Source: a virus. Taken from it: a stretch of DNA of 64,000 nt. Shown here piece by piece: positions 18,908-29,016 of this stretch. The notes under the pieces were generated by a model, which saw nothing but the letters and a program-made list of their open reading frames with translations, was not told the DNA's origin and did not search any database. Where the stretch lies: IMG/VR virus record IMGVR_UViG_3300031787_000068, positions 12,923 to 76,922 of that record; one strand, given 5' to 3'. Positions within the stretch are counted from its first letter, which is position 1. The number at the start of each line of letters is the position of its first letter. Made by a program: the position numbers and the translations under genes.

Positions 18908-19450
18908 ATGGAAGACAAGAATCAAAAATTTTCTCCATTTTTTCCAGGGGATGAGCTGAAAGTAAGTTATACTCCATTTGGGGCTAAATATAAGACTACT
19001 AACACAACTTTTTACGATTCTAAAGACCAATACGAAACGATCCAACTCGCAGAAGAAAGATCTATAAATATAGGTTGCTCTGGGTATAGATCTTCAGTAA
19101 TAAATTCAAATGGGGATCTTAGATTTTTTCCTTGTTCTAGTTCTTCGGATTATTTGGAAATAATGAAAGGAATGATTCCTGTCGAAGAGGAAAGAAAATA
19201 TTATGATTTCGATCAGAGAAATAATATATTCGATGTGATGTATAGTACTAATGACACCGCTTATTCGGGGTTTGATTATAAAGATAAAATATTAAAGAAG
19301 ACTTTGTCCAAGGTTATATTTAAAGACCCGGTTAAATCTAATATTTTATCTTATTTTGAAAGAGGGTTTTTTGCTTTAGTTGAAACCACTAAACAGATAA
19401 AAAATTATTTTAATTATACAGTACCCAAGAATAATAGGAGGGTTTTTTAG
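18908..19450 (+). CDS. Hypothetical protein (baseplate operon)
   Basis: 180 aa ORF coupled between gp6 and a large structural gene. Confidence 0.65.
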   Translation: MEDKNQKFSPFFPGDELKVSYTPFGAKYKTTNTTFYDSKDQYETIQLAEERSINIGCSGYRSSVINSNGDLRFFPCSSSSDYLEIMKGMIPVEEERKYYDFDQRNNIFDVMYSTNDTAYSGFDYKDKILKKTLSKVIFKDPVKSNILSYFERGFFALVETTKQIKNYFNYTVPKNNRRVF

Positions 19451-19452
19451 AT

Positions 19453-22400
19453 ATGGCAGATTTAAAACTTAGATTTTTTAATAAACAGGGAAATCCTTTA
19501 AATTTCGATTATATAGGTCCTACCGGTCCTAGCGATCTGGATTCTAATTTTTTATATAAAACTAATACAACTTCTTCGAACGAGGGAGATGTTATTTTCC
19601 AGCAGTCCGGACCAAATTATACCTTCCAGTTCAACCCAAAAGATTCTAATTTTTTCGACATAACCTCCCTATCAAATCAGATAGATTATTCTATAGACAG
19701 AGGATCTGAAATTTATTTAGAAGGAAGAGTTATCGGGGGAAGCCAGTTTAAAGGAAAAATATTATCTTGTGTTGTAACCCCAACTAATGTAACAATAACC
19801 ATTCCCGTAAATAATTTTATAGGTCAAAATATAATAGCATTAAGCAAAATTATATCTTTTAAAATCTCTTATAAAAATCTTCCAGGGGGATATTTTTTCG
19901 GGAATATCTATTTCGATCCAGTTTCTTCTGGACTTTACGAAAACGAACAAATCTTTATCTCTCAACAAATATTAGGCCCTTCCGGGCAAACCGAATACAG
20001 TTACCCAAGAACTTTAGCGACTGGATCTACCGGAGGAAAATGGAGAACTAGATGGTACAATAATTCATATGGAAATATTGATGTAACGGAGATAATTTTT
20101 ACGTATAAAATATTAGAGGATCTCCCGGGCGGAGAAGGTAATCCTTTAATAGTTTCCTATCCCAATATAGTTTATACGGATATAATAGCATCTTCTACCG
20201 ATTACTATTCTAATGGATCTTTAGTTTGTCCATCTTTTGGTCCTTCAGAATCTAAAGCACTTTCCGTAAATGTAGCTTTAAATGGACCGGAAGAATCGGA
20301 AGAAGTTTACGAGAGAAAACTTATAATAGAAGACATAAGTGCTGGACCTACCGGAAATAATGTTTCTAAAATTTTAGAGGTTAATTTTTACGGACAAATA
20401 GTAGGAGAGGACGAAAGATTAAAAGTTTTAGCTAATAACTTAGGAAGATCTTTTGATCTTGAGGATTCTATAATTCTAAGGAATCACGATCCTAAAGAGC
20501 CTCTTCCTAATTACGAAGAAATAAACGAAAAAAGAAAAGAATTACTTATTGCCGGGGAAGAAATATTTCCTTATCTTGGTAGTTATAAAGGACTAGTAAA
20601 TGCCCTAAAATTTTTCGGGTATCAAGATTTAAGAATAAAAGAATACTGGCTGAATCTGGATTTTAGCCAAGCTGAGGGATTAATTCCTCCGCAGTTAAAG
20701 AATAAACAAGTCTTAGATGAAATAAAATCCCAAAGACTGAAATCAGGAACCCAATCTTATTCGATACAAGATGTACTTGATAATCCAAATTCTGGAAAAT
20801 ATAGATTGGAGCAGACTTATGGGCCGGATTCAGAAGGAAATTATGTTCTTGACGTTTCTTCTCAAAACACACTAGTTCCTACTAATGCCTATAAGAAGAC
20901 CTCATTATTTGGACTTTATTATGATATAAATAAAGTAACCGGAGAAATAGACGAATTCGGATATCCGGTAGTAGTTGATGCATTTCAATTTACTCAAGAA
21001 GAAGTTCTCATAAAGCTTTTTGGACTAAAAAATATACTAAAAAGAGATTATCTTCCTTTAAATGCAAGAATAGTAGATATAACAGGAGAAGGAATTTATT
21101 TTTCTGTTTATAGAAATAAATTTTGGTTCGATCTGGTAGAAAGAAGAGAAATAAAACCAGGATCTAGATTTGATTTTAGGATAAACCCAGATCTAGCTTA
21201 TATAGAAGATCTAAGGAATTTTAATATAAGACCTCAGTCTCTTCCTTTACAAACCCCAAGTTTATATTACGATACTTACAATATATCAGTGGATGTATTA
21301 GGAGGAACCGGTAGCAGCGTTTATTTTACAGGATTCCCAGACTTAGGAGTAACAGGTCCTTCAGGACCTAATTTTCCATTAAATGTTGTTTCTGGTAAAT
21401 CATATAATTTTAATACCTCTACGGAGGGATTTACTTTTTACATAACCGAATCCCCTTCTTTTACCCAGCAAGATCCGATAGGACTCACTGGAAATGGAGC
21501 TACCTCGGGATCTTCTGGAATTTCTTGGTATGTTAATCCCCAACAAACAGGGCCTTTATATTACTATTTTTCTGAAAATTTAAATATAAATGGGATAATA
21601 AATGTTTCCCCTTCTAATTTATCGGATTTAGGTAACTCCATAAACCCTCTGGATTTTCAACAGAATTATAGCTCTTCTCAGAATGAAAGTCTAATAAATT
21701 CTATAAATGAATTCTACGATCTAAAGCAACAAGGAAAAATACAACTTCTTGGGGACGGGAGATACGATCCCCCTTCTTATCAAGATCCTTCTACAAATAC
21801 CCCATATAAAGTTCCAATAGGTACTCCTTTAGTTCTAGAATTAGAAATTGATAGATGGACTTGGGACGAAATGAATTTTTTATGGAGCTCAATAAATCTT
21901 CCTTCTTTTAAAATTGGAGATTCCGTTTCAATTAAGCCTAAGATTGCTTCTCTGACCGCAGGAATAACTGGGGGATCTATTTCATCCGTAACTATAAATT
22001 TTGCAGGTCTTGGGTATTCTTCGGTACCTAATATATCTATAACTGGAGGGGGAGGAGCTGGAGCTGGATTGATCGCAGTAATTTCAGGAACAGAAATAAC
22101 TTCGATTACTATAGTATCTGGAGGATCTGGATACACGTCTAGTCCTACTTTAACAATAGATTCTCCTTCAGGAGATTCGGGAACTGTGGTTGGTGTTAAC
22201 TATTCAAACGGAACCTATGATGTTTTGCTTTCTTCTACGGGATTAGTCCATAACTTCGAAGGATTTGAAATATCTTCTAGCTCCCAATCTTACAATCTAA
22301 TGACCTGGAGAAATATAGATTTTTCTAATGATGTTGAAATAGAATGGGTAATAAATAAGGATTCTACCCAAGATGGATCCCCTTATAATTTTGAATTTAG

Positions 22401-23883
22401 GGGATCTATAGTAGATTTTAATAAGCTTGCCCACTTTATCCCTTTTACGGGAGATTTTAATGTAACCTGCAACATATACGACGGATTTAACAATAAATCT
22501 ACCAGGATAAAAAATAAGAATTTAACTGTTCAACCAAAGAGAATAAAACTGGAATCCTGGGCTAATGAGGAAGCAAGCTCTTGGACTAGATATAGAGAAG
22601 TAGAGCATTATATTTGGGATAGAGTTTTTAGGTCTTGGGATAATTATCAATCTATATGGGAATTTCCTGCAGAGGGAGAAAGCGAATCTAAGATGAAAAA
22701 TCTTATTCCCCAGGAAATATTAGATTTCGCATTTTACGGGAATAAGTCAGAGGAGGGACAGGATGTTTACGTTAAAGTTAAAACAGATCCTATAGGAGCT
22801 ACCGGAGAGATAAGATTGGCCCAGTCTTTTTTAAATGTGAGCGAGATATATTCTTTAGAAGTAACTCCTACTCAATATGGATATGTTAGGGTATCTTTCT
22901 CTTCTCCTCACGGCCTAAGTACGGGAGATTACATCTATATTTCTAATACGATACCGGAGCTAGAAGGAAGTTGGTCCATAACCGTTCTTTCCTCTACTGA
23001 AATTAGAATAAGTACCGTTTTGGAGATTGGATGGACCGGAGTTATATCTTCAGTTTCTCCTAACCGATTAAATGTGGATTCTTCTTTATACCCTTCTCAG
23101 CAGATAACAGGGAGCGGATTTGTTTCAGTTAATGTCGGAGGAGTTACTATAGGATCTACAATAGCAGGACAATCCCTTTATAACACAACAAATTATTTGG
23201 TTTCCTCTATAAATAACTTAACCACGTATCCGGATTATTTTGCAACCTGTTTAGACCCAACTACCAATCCAACCAAAATAATTATACATGCTTCCGACGA
23301 TCTCGGAAGTACTCAGAATGGGGTTCCAGTAGTAGTTTCGACCTCTGGGCTTCTCTCTACGACTTATTACGATACTCAATTAGGAAATGGACTCAGTCCA
23401 ACTGAAACCTATGAATTCTGGAGTGAATCCAGTGAAAAATATCCCAATGAGAATCTAAAATTCTGGGGAACTAAAAGACTAAATTGGGATATATTCTATA
23501 ACAATAGTTGGGAAGATGGATATGCACATTCGTGGTTAGATTTTGAATTCAATAACGATTGGCTTGGAGGATTTGAATTACATAATTTAAGTATAGGAGA
23601 TTTGATTTCCGTGAGTTCAGGAATATTAAGTCCACCGGACACTAAAAATTATAATTCTTACGTCTATAGTTTAGGATTCTACGGGATAACGGGATCTACT
23701 ATACAGGAGATATCCAATGAGCTAAATGGGAACTCAAATTCTCATATAGGAAATTATGATTATAGGCCAATACCTAGCGATACTGGTTCTTTTAATAGTG
23801 ATTCTCCTCCGATTAATATAGGAATAAATAGTTTTACCGCTCCTATTTCTCCTTATCCTTCTCCCCCTTCTGTTCCAGTGTAA
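19453..23883 (+). CDS. Large baseplate/virion structural protein (gp7-like segment, GxGY repeats, PKD-like domain)
   Basis: 1476 aa; YLGSYKGLVNALKFFGY resembles the gp7/tail_P2_I motif; GLGYSSVP and GSGYTSSP repeats; Trp-periodic segments. Confidence 0.7.
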   Translation: MADLKLRFFNKQGNPLNFDYIGPTGPSDLDSNFLYKTNTTSSNEGDVIFQQSGPNYTFQFNPKDSNFFDITSLSNQIDYSIDRGSEIYLEGRVIGGSQFKGKILSCVVTPTNVTITIPVNNFIGQNIIALSKIISFKISYKNLPGGYFFGNIYFDPVSSGLYENEQIFISQQILGPSGQTEYSYPRTLATGSTGGKWRTRWYNNSYGNIDVTEIIFTYKILEDLPGGEGNPLIVSYPNIVYTDIIASSTDYYSNGSLVCPSFGPSESKALSVNVALNGPEESEEVYERKLIIEDISAGPTGNNVSKILEVNFYGQIVGEDERLKVLANNLGRSFDLEDSIILRNHDPKEPLPNYEEINEKRKELLIAGEEIFPYLGSYKGLVNALKFFGYQDLRIKEYWLNLDFSQAEGLIPPQLKNKQVLDEIKSQRLKSGTQSYSIQDVLDNPNSGKYRLEQTYGPDSEGNYVLDVSSQNTLVPTNAYKKTSLFGLYYDINKVTGEIDEFGYPVVVDAFQFTQEEVLIKLFGLKNILKRDYLPLNARIVDITGEGIYFSVYRNKFWFDLVERREIKPGSRFDFRINPDLAYIEDLRNFNIRPQSLPLQTPSLYYDTYNISVDVLGGTGSSVYFTGFPDLGVTGPSGPNFPLNVVSGKSYNFNTSTEGFTFYITESPSFTQQDPIGLTGNGATSGSSGISWYVNPQQTGPLYYYFSENLNINGIINVSPSNLSDLGNSINPLDFQQNYSSSQNESLINSINEFYDLKQQGKIQLLGDGRYDPPSYQDPSTNTPYKVPIGTPLVLELEIDRWTWDEMNFLWSSINLPSFKIGDSVSIKPKIASLTAGITGGSISSVTINFAGLGYSSVPNISITGGGGAGAGLIAVISGTEITSITIVSGGSGYTSSPTLTIDSPSGDSGTVVGVNYSNGTYDVLLSSTGLVHNFEGFEISSSSQSYNLMTWRNIDFSNDVEIEWVINKDSTQDGSPYNFEFRGSIVDFNKLAHFIPFTGDFNVTCNIYDGFNNKSTRIKNKNLTVQPKRIKLESWANEEASSWTRYREVEHYIWDRVFRSWDNYQSIWEFPAEGESESKMKNLIPQEILDFAFYGNKSEEGQDVYVKVKTDPIGATGEIRLAQSFLNVSEIYSLEVTPTQYGYVRVSFSSPHGLSTGDYIYISNTIPELEGSWSITVLSSTEIRISTVLEIGWTGVISSVSPNRLNVDSSLYPSQQITGSGFVSVNVGGVTIGSTIAGQSLYNTTNYLVSSINNLTTYPDYFATCLDPTTNPTKIIIHASDDLGSTQNGVPVVVSTSGLLSTTYYDTQLGNGLSPTETYEFWSESSEKYPNENLKFWGTKRLNWDIFYNNSWEDGYAHSWLDFEFNNDWLGGFELHNLSIGDLISVSSGILSPPDTKNYNSYVYSLGFYGITGSTIQEISNELNGNSNSHIGNYDYRPIPSDTGSFNSDSPPINIGINSFTAPISPYPSPPSVPV

Positions 23884-23910
23884 TGAGAGATTATACCTTT
23901 TTATAAAAGA

Positions 23911-23918
23911 AATATATA
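23911..23918 (+). promoter_or_regulatory. Putative late promoter variant AATATATA
   Basis: Upstream of ATG 23935. Confidence 0.5.
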
Positions 23919-23934
23919 GTTAAAAAAAAGATTA

Positions 23935-26900
23935 ATGCCCGGAACCAGTATTTACATAAATCAAATAGATTTGGATCCCAATTCTTTCGTTTGGGCAACC
24001 GGACAAGATTTGAGAAAATTTAACGGAAGCACTTGGGAATATTACGATAGTACAAATTCATCAGTTCCCAGTGGATCCCCTTATTATCTTGACACTAGAT
24101 CTATATCCATAGACGATTCAGGATTAGCTTGGTGCGGAATAGCTCAGGGCCCAACGGCTTCTTACGATTCCCCTTGTGTTTTTAATATTTCTGTTGAAGA
24201 TGTTTCGGTAGGAGAAAAATGGAATTTTTCTGATCTTGGAACTTTTAATGTTCCCCAAGAAGTTTCTTTGATATATTCATCTCCTTACGGGAACGAGGTT
24301 TTGGCATTTTTGTCCCCCTTAAATGGAATAGGAACTACTGGTGCAACCGCATATACCAGAATAAATGGAGTAACTGGGGGAAGATTATTTTTCTATGATA
24401 AGAATATAGAAAAATGGAATGAAACTCTTCCTAGCTATAGATGGCCTCATATATATGAGATTAAATCAAAAGGGTATAAAGGAAAAGAATATAAATATTT
24501 TTTAGGAACCTCCCAGGGAATGTGGATAATACCACCCGGAAAATTAAGCACTCTTTCTCTCGATGGAGGGGGAGAAATAGTTTATCAAGCTAAAGTTTAT
24601 AATACTAGTACCAGTGGAATAATATCTAATGAGGTATATTCTTTGGATTTTGATGAAAATGGAAACTTGTGGATAGGAACAGATCAGGGGATATCTTTTT
24701 TTGATGGGAACAAATTCTGGAATTACGATACCTCTGGACCTGTTACTTATATAAAATCTAGAGAAAATGGACACATCTTCTATTCTATAGGGGATGGAGA
24801 ACTTTCCCAGGGAACTGGTCTTTGGCATTTTAATGGAACTACTCACACTAATCTAAATTCTTCTAATTCGGATCTTCCCAATGACAATATATTGAACATA
24901 GATTTAGTAGAAAACGGGACTAAGCAATCTAATTTAACCCTTTATGAAAACTCTCTTTGGATACTGTGTCTAAATGAGATTTCTTCTTTTGCTTACGATT
25001 TGCCCCATGTCTATGCTTCTTCTAAAAATGAAGGAGCTACAGGGTGGAATTTTACTTATAGAGTTCCTATTGCAGGAACTGGCCCAACGGGGGCTCCTCC
25101 TATACCTAAAGTTAATAAATATACTTGGGCCTACCCAGAATGGCAAACATACGAAACCGAATTTGTGGCTTCAAAACTTCCTGGAACGGATCCTAGAAAT
25201 CTTTTTCTTACTGTTCCCATTAAAGACATAGCGGACGGAAAGGCAGGAGAGCAATATTATTGGAGTAATTCCCCAATAGCTAGTTATGATGAAAAAGTAT
25301 TAGAGGAAAAAATAGGTCTTTCTCTATGGGATTCTCCAGTAGGAGTAGGAGGGTCTGGAGGAGATGTAAAAATTACTTGCTCTACCTCGATAGAAACAGA
25401 TTTAGGAATTAAATACTTCGTCGGAGGGTATATTACCGGGGAGACCCAGGCATTTTTTGGATATTATAACGACTCAAGTTTAGCATACGTAAGTAATCTA
25501 AATCCTACTATAGGAGGATCAGGAGGAACAGCAGGATCTTCTAGCTATTACGGAGAAATGGGATTTGTTGTTTGCTACGATTATTTGGGATCTGTTGAAA
25601 GTATACTTCCCTTTAGAGGATATAAAACTAGAGTGGATTCTTTAGATCCTAGCCCAGATAACAATTCAGTTTCAGTTTCTGGAACTTATTCTTGGTTCAT
25701 AGAATCTGGACCTTGGGTATACCATTCTTGGGAAGGAGCAAATTCTTTTTCAGGAAATGGGGTTACCGGAGCTCCTTATGGTGCAACTAATATAAATTAT
25801 CCGGGATTGACAGCCGGAGACTACAATTGGATATACGATCCTTTATCTACTTCATCGGGAATTTTCTCGGGATCTTGGACTTATAATCCAATGGCTACCT
25901 CTACGATTTCTTCTGGAGAATTTGATTTTTCTTACAACGGATCTGGATACAATTTAGAAGATATAAATGGGGTTTATATCGCTTTTTTAGATGATACCTC
26001 TTTTGATTGGACTTCCGTAATGGAAAATCTAGTAACTTCAAATTCCGTAGGAATATCTTTAGCTCCTTCTACGATATACACCATAACTTTTATAATATCG
26101 GTTAGCTCCGGTCTTTTTGTGGGTCTTAGCTATCAATCCGGAACTTCAGGTCCTATTCCTTTTTCGGGGGGAGCTAGTATAACTTTTGATTTCTATGAAT
26201 GGAACAATCAGGCTTATCCTTTAGTTAAAAATATAGGGTCTTTCCCAGGAACTCCGGAAGCAAATTCATATGGAGCTTTCTGCGCAGAGATCCACAGAGA
26301 AATAGGTGATAAATTTTCTTTTACCGGTATAACTGGTGATTATAACTGGGGGTTAAATTCTTCATACAGAGTTAAGAAATTTAGAAATTTCCCAGTCAAA
26401 AATTTAAATACTCTTTCTGGAAATAATTACGTTCCTCTTACTTCAATTCAAAGAACGAACTACCATACCCATCTACTAGTACAGTCCAATCTTTCTGGTA
26501 ATCTTGCAGATCTTTCAACTTTAAAAAATGAGTGGACTAGAACAAATGACAATTCTTCGGTTGATAATTATTTATCCGATCCTGCATACACTGGTCTTCT
26601 TTCCTATGTGAAAATAAATAATTTAGACTATTCACTTCAGAGTAATTACAACTCAAATACTCCTGGATCTACTGGGGGGTGGCTTAGAGTTGGATCTGAA
26701 ATAAACTCTTTAGATCTTGGGGAATCTGTTGTTATAACAGGATCAGCAACAGGGGGATTTTATTTTTCTGGAAATTACCTTACCCCAACAGGATCTTCAA
26801 ATTCTCCTTTCTACATTTCTATAACTTCTAATCCGGTAGGATCTACGGGATTTTATTTAGATTCTTTTGGTCTAACTGGAAATAAAATAGATGTAACTAA

Positions 26901-27996
26901 GGACGAATCATGTTATTATATAACAACTGTAGTGGGATCGTCAGGATCTTATTTTGGGAAAAATTTTGTAGCAGAACCGGATAAAACTTATTTCTTAACT
27001 TCTAAATTAACAGAACAGACGGTATGTAAAGGAATTTTCTATCCTTCAATTACAGGGTCTCATCCTTCTCTAGATCTAAAAACGACTTTAAGACTTCCTA
27101 ACGAGCAATTTGTAGTTCATTATGAGGATTATGATGATCTATATACGGTAAAAGTACTTAAAACTGACGAGGATTCTAGAATAAATGACATGATTACGGT
27201 CTCTGGTTTTAATGGGGATCTTTCTCTTAGTACCGATTCTGATTCTAATATATTATTTTCTGGGTTCAATTCTTTAGGTCTAACTGGATCTGCTTATGTT
27301 AATTTCGGATATGTTAATGTTGGGTATATTGTCAATGAAATACCAGAAACTTTTATAGATTTTGATTACATAGATATAGGTTATTTTGTAAATTCAGCAA
27401 GCGGATTTGTTTATTTACTTAAACAATATAAACCTAATCTAGGGATAAACGAAGGAGAAATAATATCTAGACCGGGATCGGATCCTTGGGTTTGGAGCGA
27501 TTCTCACGTAAAAGGAGAAGGATCTTTTGAAGTTCCTCTTATGTCTACTCTTATATTTAATAATTACGCATCGGAAATATACGGAAAAAATACCAACAAA
27601 TGGATTCTTTCAAATTCTTCTACCGGGGAAGAGATTTTGAATATAAAATATTCTCCTTATTTTATTTATACTTTTACGGAGGAGGGAGAATATACCATCT
27701 ATAATGAGGTTTTGGATTCTGAAGGAAACGTTTATGCCACTACAGGAAATGGATTTATAAAAGTCATAGACCATAAAAAGATGAGAATTCCGGGAAGAAA
27801 ATCCGGACCTATAGATTCTGTTAATTATGGAGCAGAGGAACCACAAAGCGGAATATCTTATCAGGGACAAAAGCTGAGAAAAGATATCGAAAAACAGCAA
27901 ATGGAAATAGAGAGAAAAAACAAAACTAAATTTACTCCTGCTATATCTATACCGGATAATCCTGATTCTACTTATAAAAGAGTAATATTAGAATAG
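23935..27996 (+). CDS. Virion protein with beta-propeller (two-component-regulator propeller-like blades)
   Basis: ISNEVYSLDFDENGNLWIGTDQGISFFDG, NSSNSDLPNDNILNI; C-terminal PKD-like segment. Confidence 0.7.
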   Translation: MPGTSIYINQIDLDPNSFVWATGQDLRKFNGSTWEYYDSTNSSVPSGSPYYLDTRSISIDDSGLAWCGIAQGPTASYDSPCVFNISVEDVSVGEKWNFSDLGTFNVPQEVSLIYSSPYGNEVLAFLSPLNGIGTTGATAYTRINGVTGGRLFFYDKNIEKWNETLPSYRWPHIYEIKSKGYKGKEYKYFLGTSQGMWIIPPGKLSTLSLDGGGEIVYQAKVYNTSTSGIISNEVYSLDFDENGNLWIGTDQGISFFDGNKFWNYDTSGPVTYIKSRENGHIFYSIGDGELSQGTGLWHFNGTTHTNLNSSNSDLPNDNILNIDLVENGTKQSNLTLYENSLWILCLNEISSFAYDLPHVYASSKNEGATGWNFTYRVPIAGTGPTGAPPIPKVNKYTWAYPEWQTYETEFVASKLPGTDPRNLFLTVPIKDIADGKAGEQYYWSNSPIASYDEKVLEEKIGLSLWDSPVGVGGSGGDVKITCSTSIETDLGIKYFVGGYITGETQAFFGYYNDSSLAYVSNLNPTIGGSGGTAGSSSYYGEMGFVVCYDYLGSVESILPFRGYKTRVDSLDPSPDNNSVSVSGTYSWFIESGPWVYHSWEGANSFSGNGVTGAPYGATNINYPGLTAGDYNWIYDPLSTSSGIFSGSWTYNPMATSTISSGEFDFSYNGSGYNLEDINGVYIAFLDDTSFDWTSVMENLVTSNSVGISLAPSTIYTITFIISVSSGLFVGLSYQSGTSGPIPFSGGASITFDFYEWNNQAYPLVKNIGSFPGTPEANSYGAFCAEIHREIGDKFSFTGITGDYNWGLNSSYRVKKFRNFPVKNLNTLSGNNYVPLTSIQRTNYHTHLLVQSNLSGNLADLSTLKNEWTRTNDNSSVDNYLSDPAYTGLLSYVKINNLDYSLQSNYNSNTPGSTGGWLRVGSEINSLDLGESVVITGSATGGFYFSGNYLTPTGSSNSPFYISITSNPVGSTGFYLDSFGLTGNKIDVTKDESCYYITTVVGSSGSYFGKNFVAEPDKTYFLTSKLTEQTVCKGIFYPSITGSHPSLDLKTTLRLPNEQFVVHYEDYDDLYTVKVLKTDEDSRINDMITVSGFNGDLSLSTDSDSNILFSGFNSLGLTGSAYVNFGYVNVGYIVNEIPETFIDFDYIDIGYFVNSASGFVYLLKQYKPNLGINEGEIISRPGSDPWVWSDSHVKGEGSFEVPLMSTLIFNNYASEIYGKNTNKWILSNSSTGEEILNIKYSPYFIYTFTEEGEYTIYNEVLDSEGNVYATTGNGFIKVIDHKKMRIPGRKSGPIDSVNYGAEEPQSGISYQGQKLRKDIEKQQMEIERKNKTKFTPAISIPDNPDSTYKRVILE

Positions 27997-28063
27997 TGAA
28001 ATTTTATCTCTATTTTTTACTAGAATAAATAACCAATTTCGATTTTTAACTATTTAAAAAAAC

Positions 28064-28071
28064 GATATATA
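28064..28071 (+). promoter_or_regulatory. Putative late promoter GATATATA
   Basis: Upstream of ATG 28092. Confidence 0.65.
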
Positions 28072-28091
28072 AAAATAAAAAAACAAAAAAA

Positions 28092-29003
28092 ATGGCTTCA
28101 ACTGTAAACATTACTGAAATTTTAGGTTCCGATTCTATATCGGGATCTAGGGTTACTATTAATTCTAATTTTTTAATACTTCAAAACTGGATAAATGGAT
28201 ATGTTCAGGTATTTGGAGTCGATACTACTAATGGGATATTAGATTTAACTTCATCGTCTACCGGAAAAGTTATGGCAAAAATAGGAAGATTTGACTCCCT
28301 TTCTTTGCCAGCATCAGGAACAGCTCTTACTTCTTTTGATTCTATTGGAGGAGGATCTCTAGTATCTCTTTCATCTACAAATGTTACAGTTTCCGGAGCA
28401 TTAACTGCTACAGGAACAATAACTTTTGGAACTGGATCTATTTTCATTGCCGGTGGAACTTCTAGCTTTAATTCATCTTTAAGTGCAAATGCATCTCTTT
28501 ATCTGGGACCACAGGGACATGTCATAAGTCAGAATACTACAGTTGCTACCGGTTTAACAGCAGGAACCGCATTCCCTTCTACCGCTTTAGGAGGAGGTGG
28601 TTATCAAACTACCACATCTGCTTCTCCTTATGCTATAACCGGATTAGAGGATGTTATATTTGCAGATTGTGGTCCTACGGGATTCTATTTAAAAGTAGTA
28701 GATGGTCTTTCTCCTGCGGGGGGAACCCTACCAAATATACCCCAAGGAACCAGAGTTACGATAGTGAATACGAATCCTGCAACGGGATACATTTGGACAG
28801 GACTTACCGGATCTACCACTTATTATACAGGGTTTAATACAGATTCTTCTTACGGGGGGTATTCTTCTTTAGGAATTCAAATTCCACAAAATAAAGCATA
28901 TCGATCTTCAATTACTCTTCAATGGGAGCCTAGAATTGGACAGGGACAAGCCACCATGAATGGATCTTGGGTAGTTATAGGATCTAGTAATGTAACAGTT
29001 TAA
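28092..29003 (+). CDS. Putative tail fibre/baseplate structural protein
   Basis: 303 aa, rich in G/S/T; N-terminal ITEILGSDSISGSRVTINSNF resembles the fibre-attachment motif of 40351/41950/43590. Confidence 0.65.
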   Translation: MASTVNITEILGSDSISGSRVTINSNFLILQNWINGYVQVFGVDTTNGILDLTSSSTGKVMAKIGRFDSLSLPASGTALTSFDSIGGGSLVSLSSTNVTVSGALTATGTITFGTGSIFIAGGTSSFNSSLSANASLYLGPQGHVISQNTTVATGLTAGTAFPSTALGGGGYQTTTSASPYAITGLEDVIFADCGPTGFYLKVVDGLSPAGGTLPNIPQGTRVTIVNTNPATGYIWTGLTGSTTYYTGFNTDSSYGGYSSLGIQIPQNKAYRSSITLQWEPRIGQGQATMNGSWVVIGSSNVTV

Positions 29004-29016
29004 TATTTTTTAGGAA

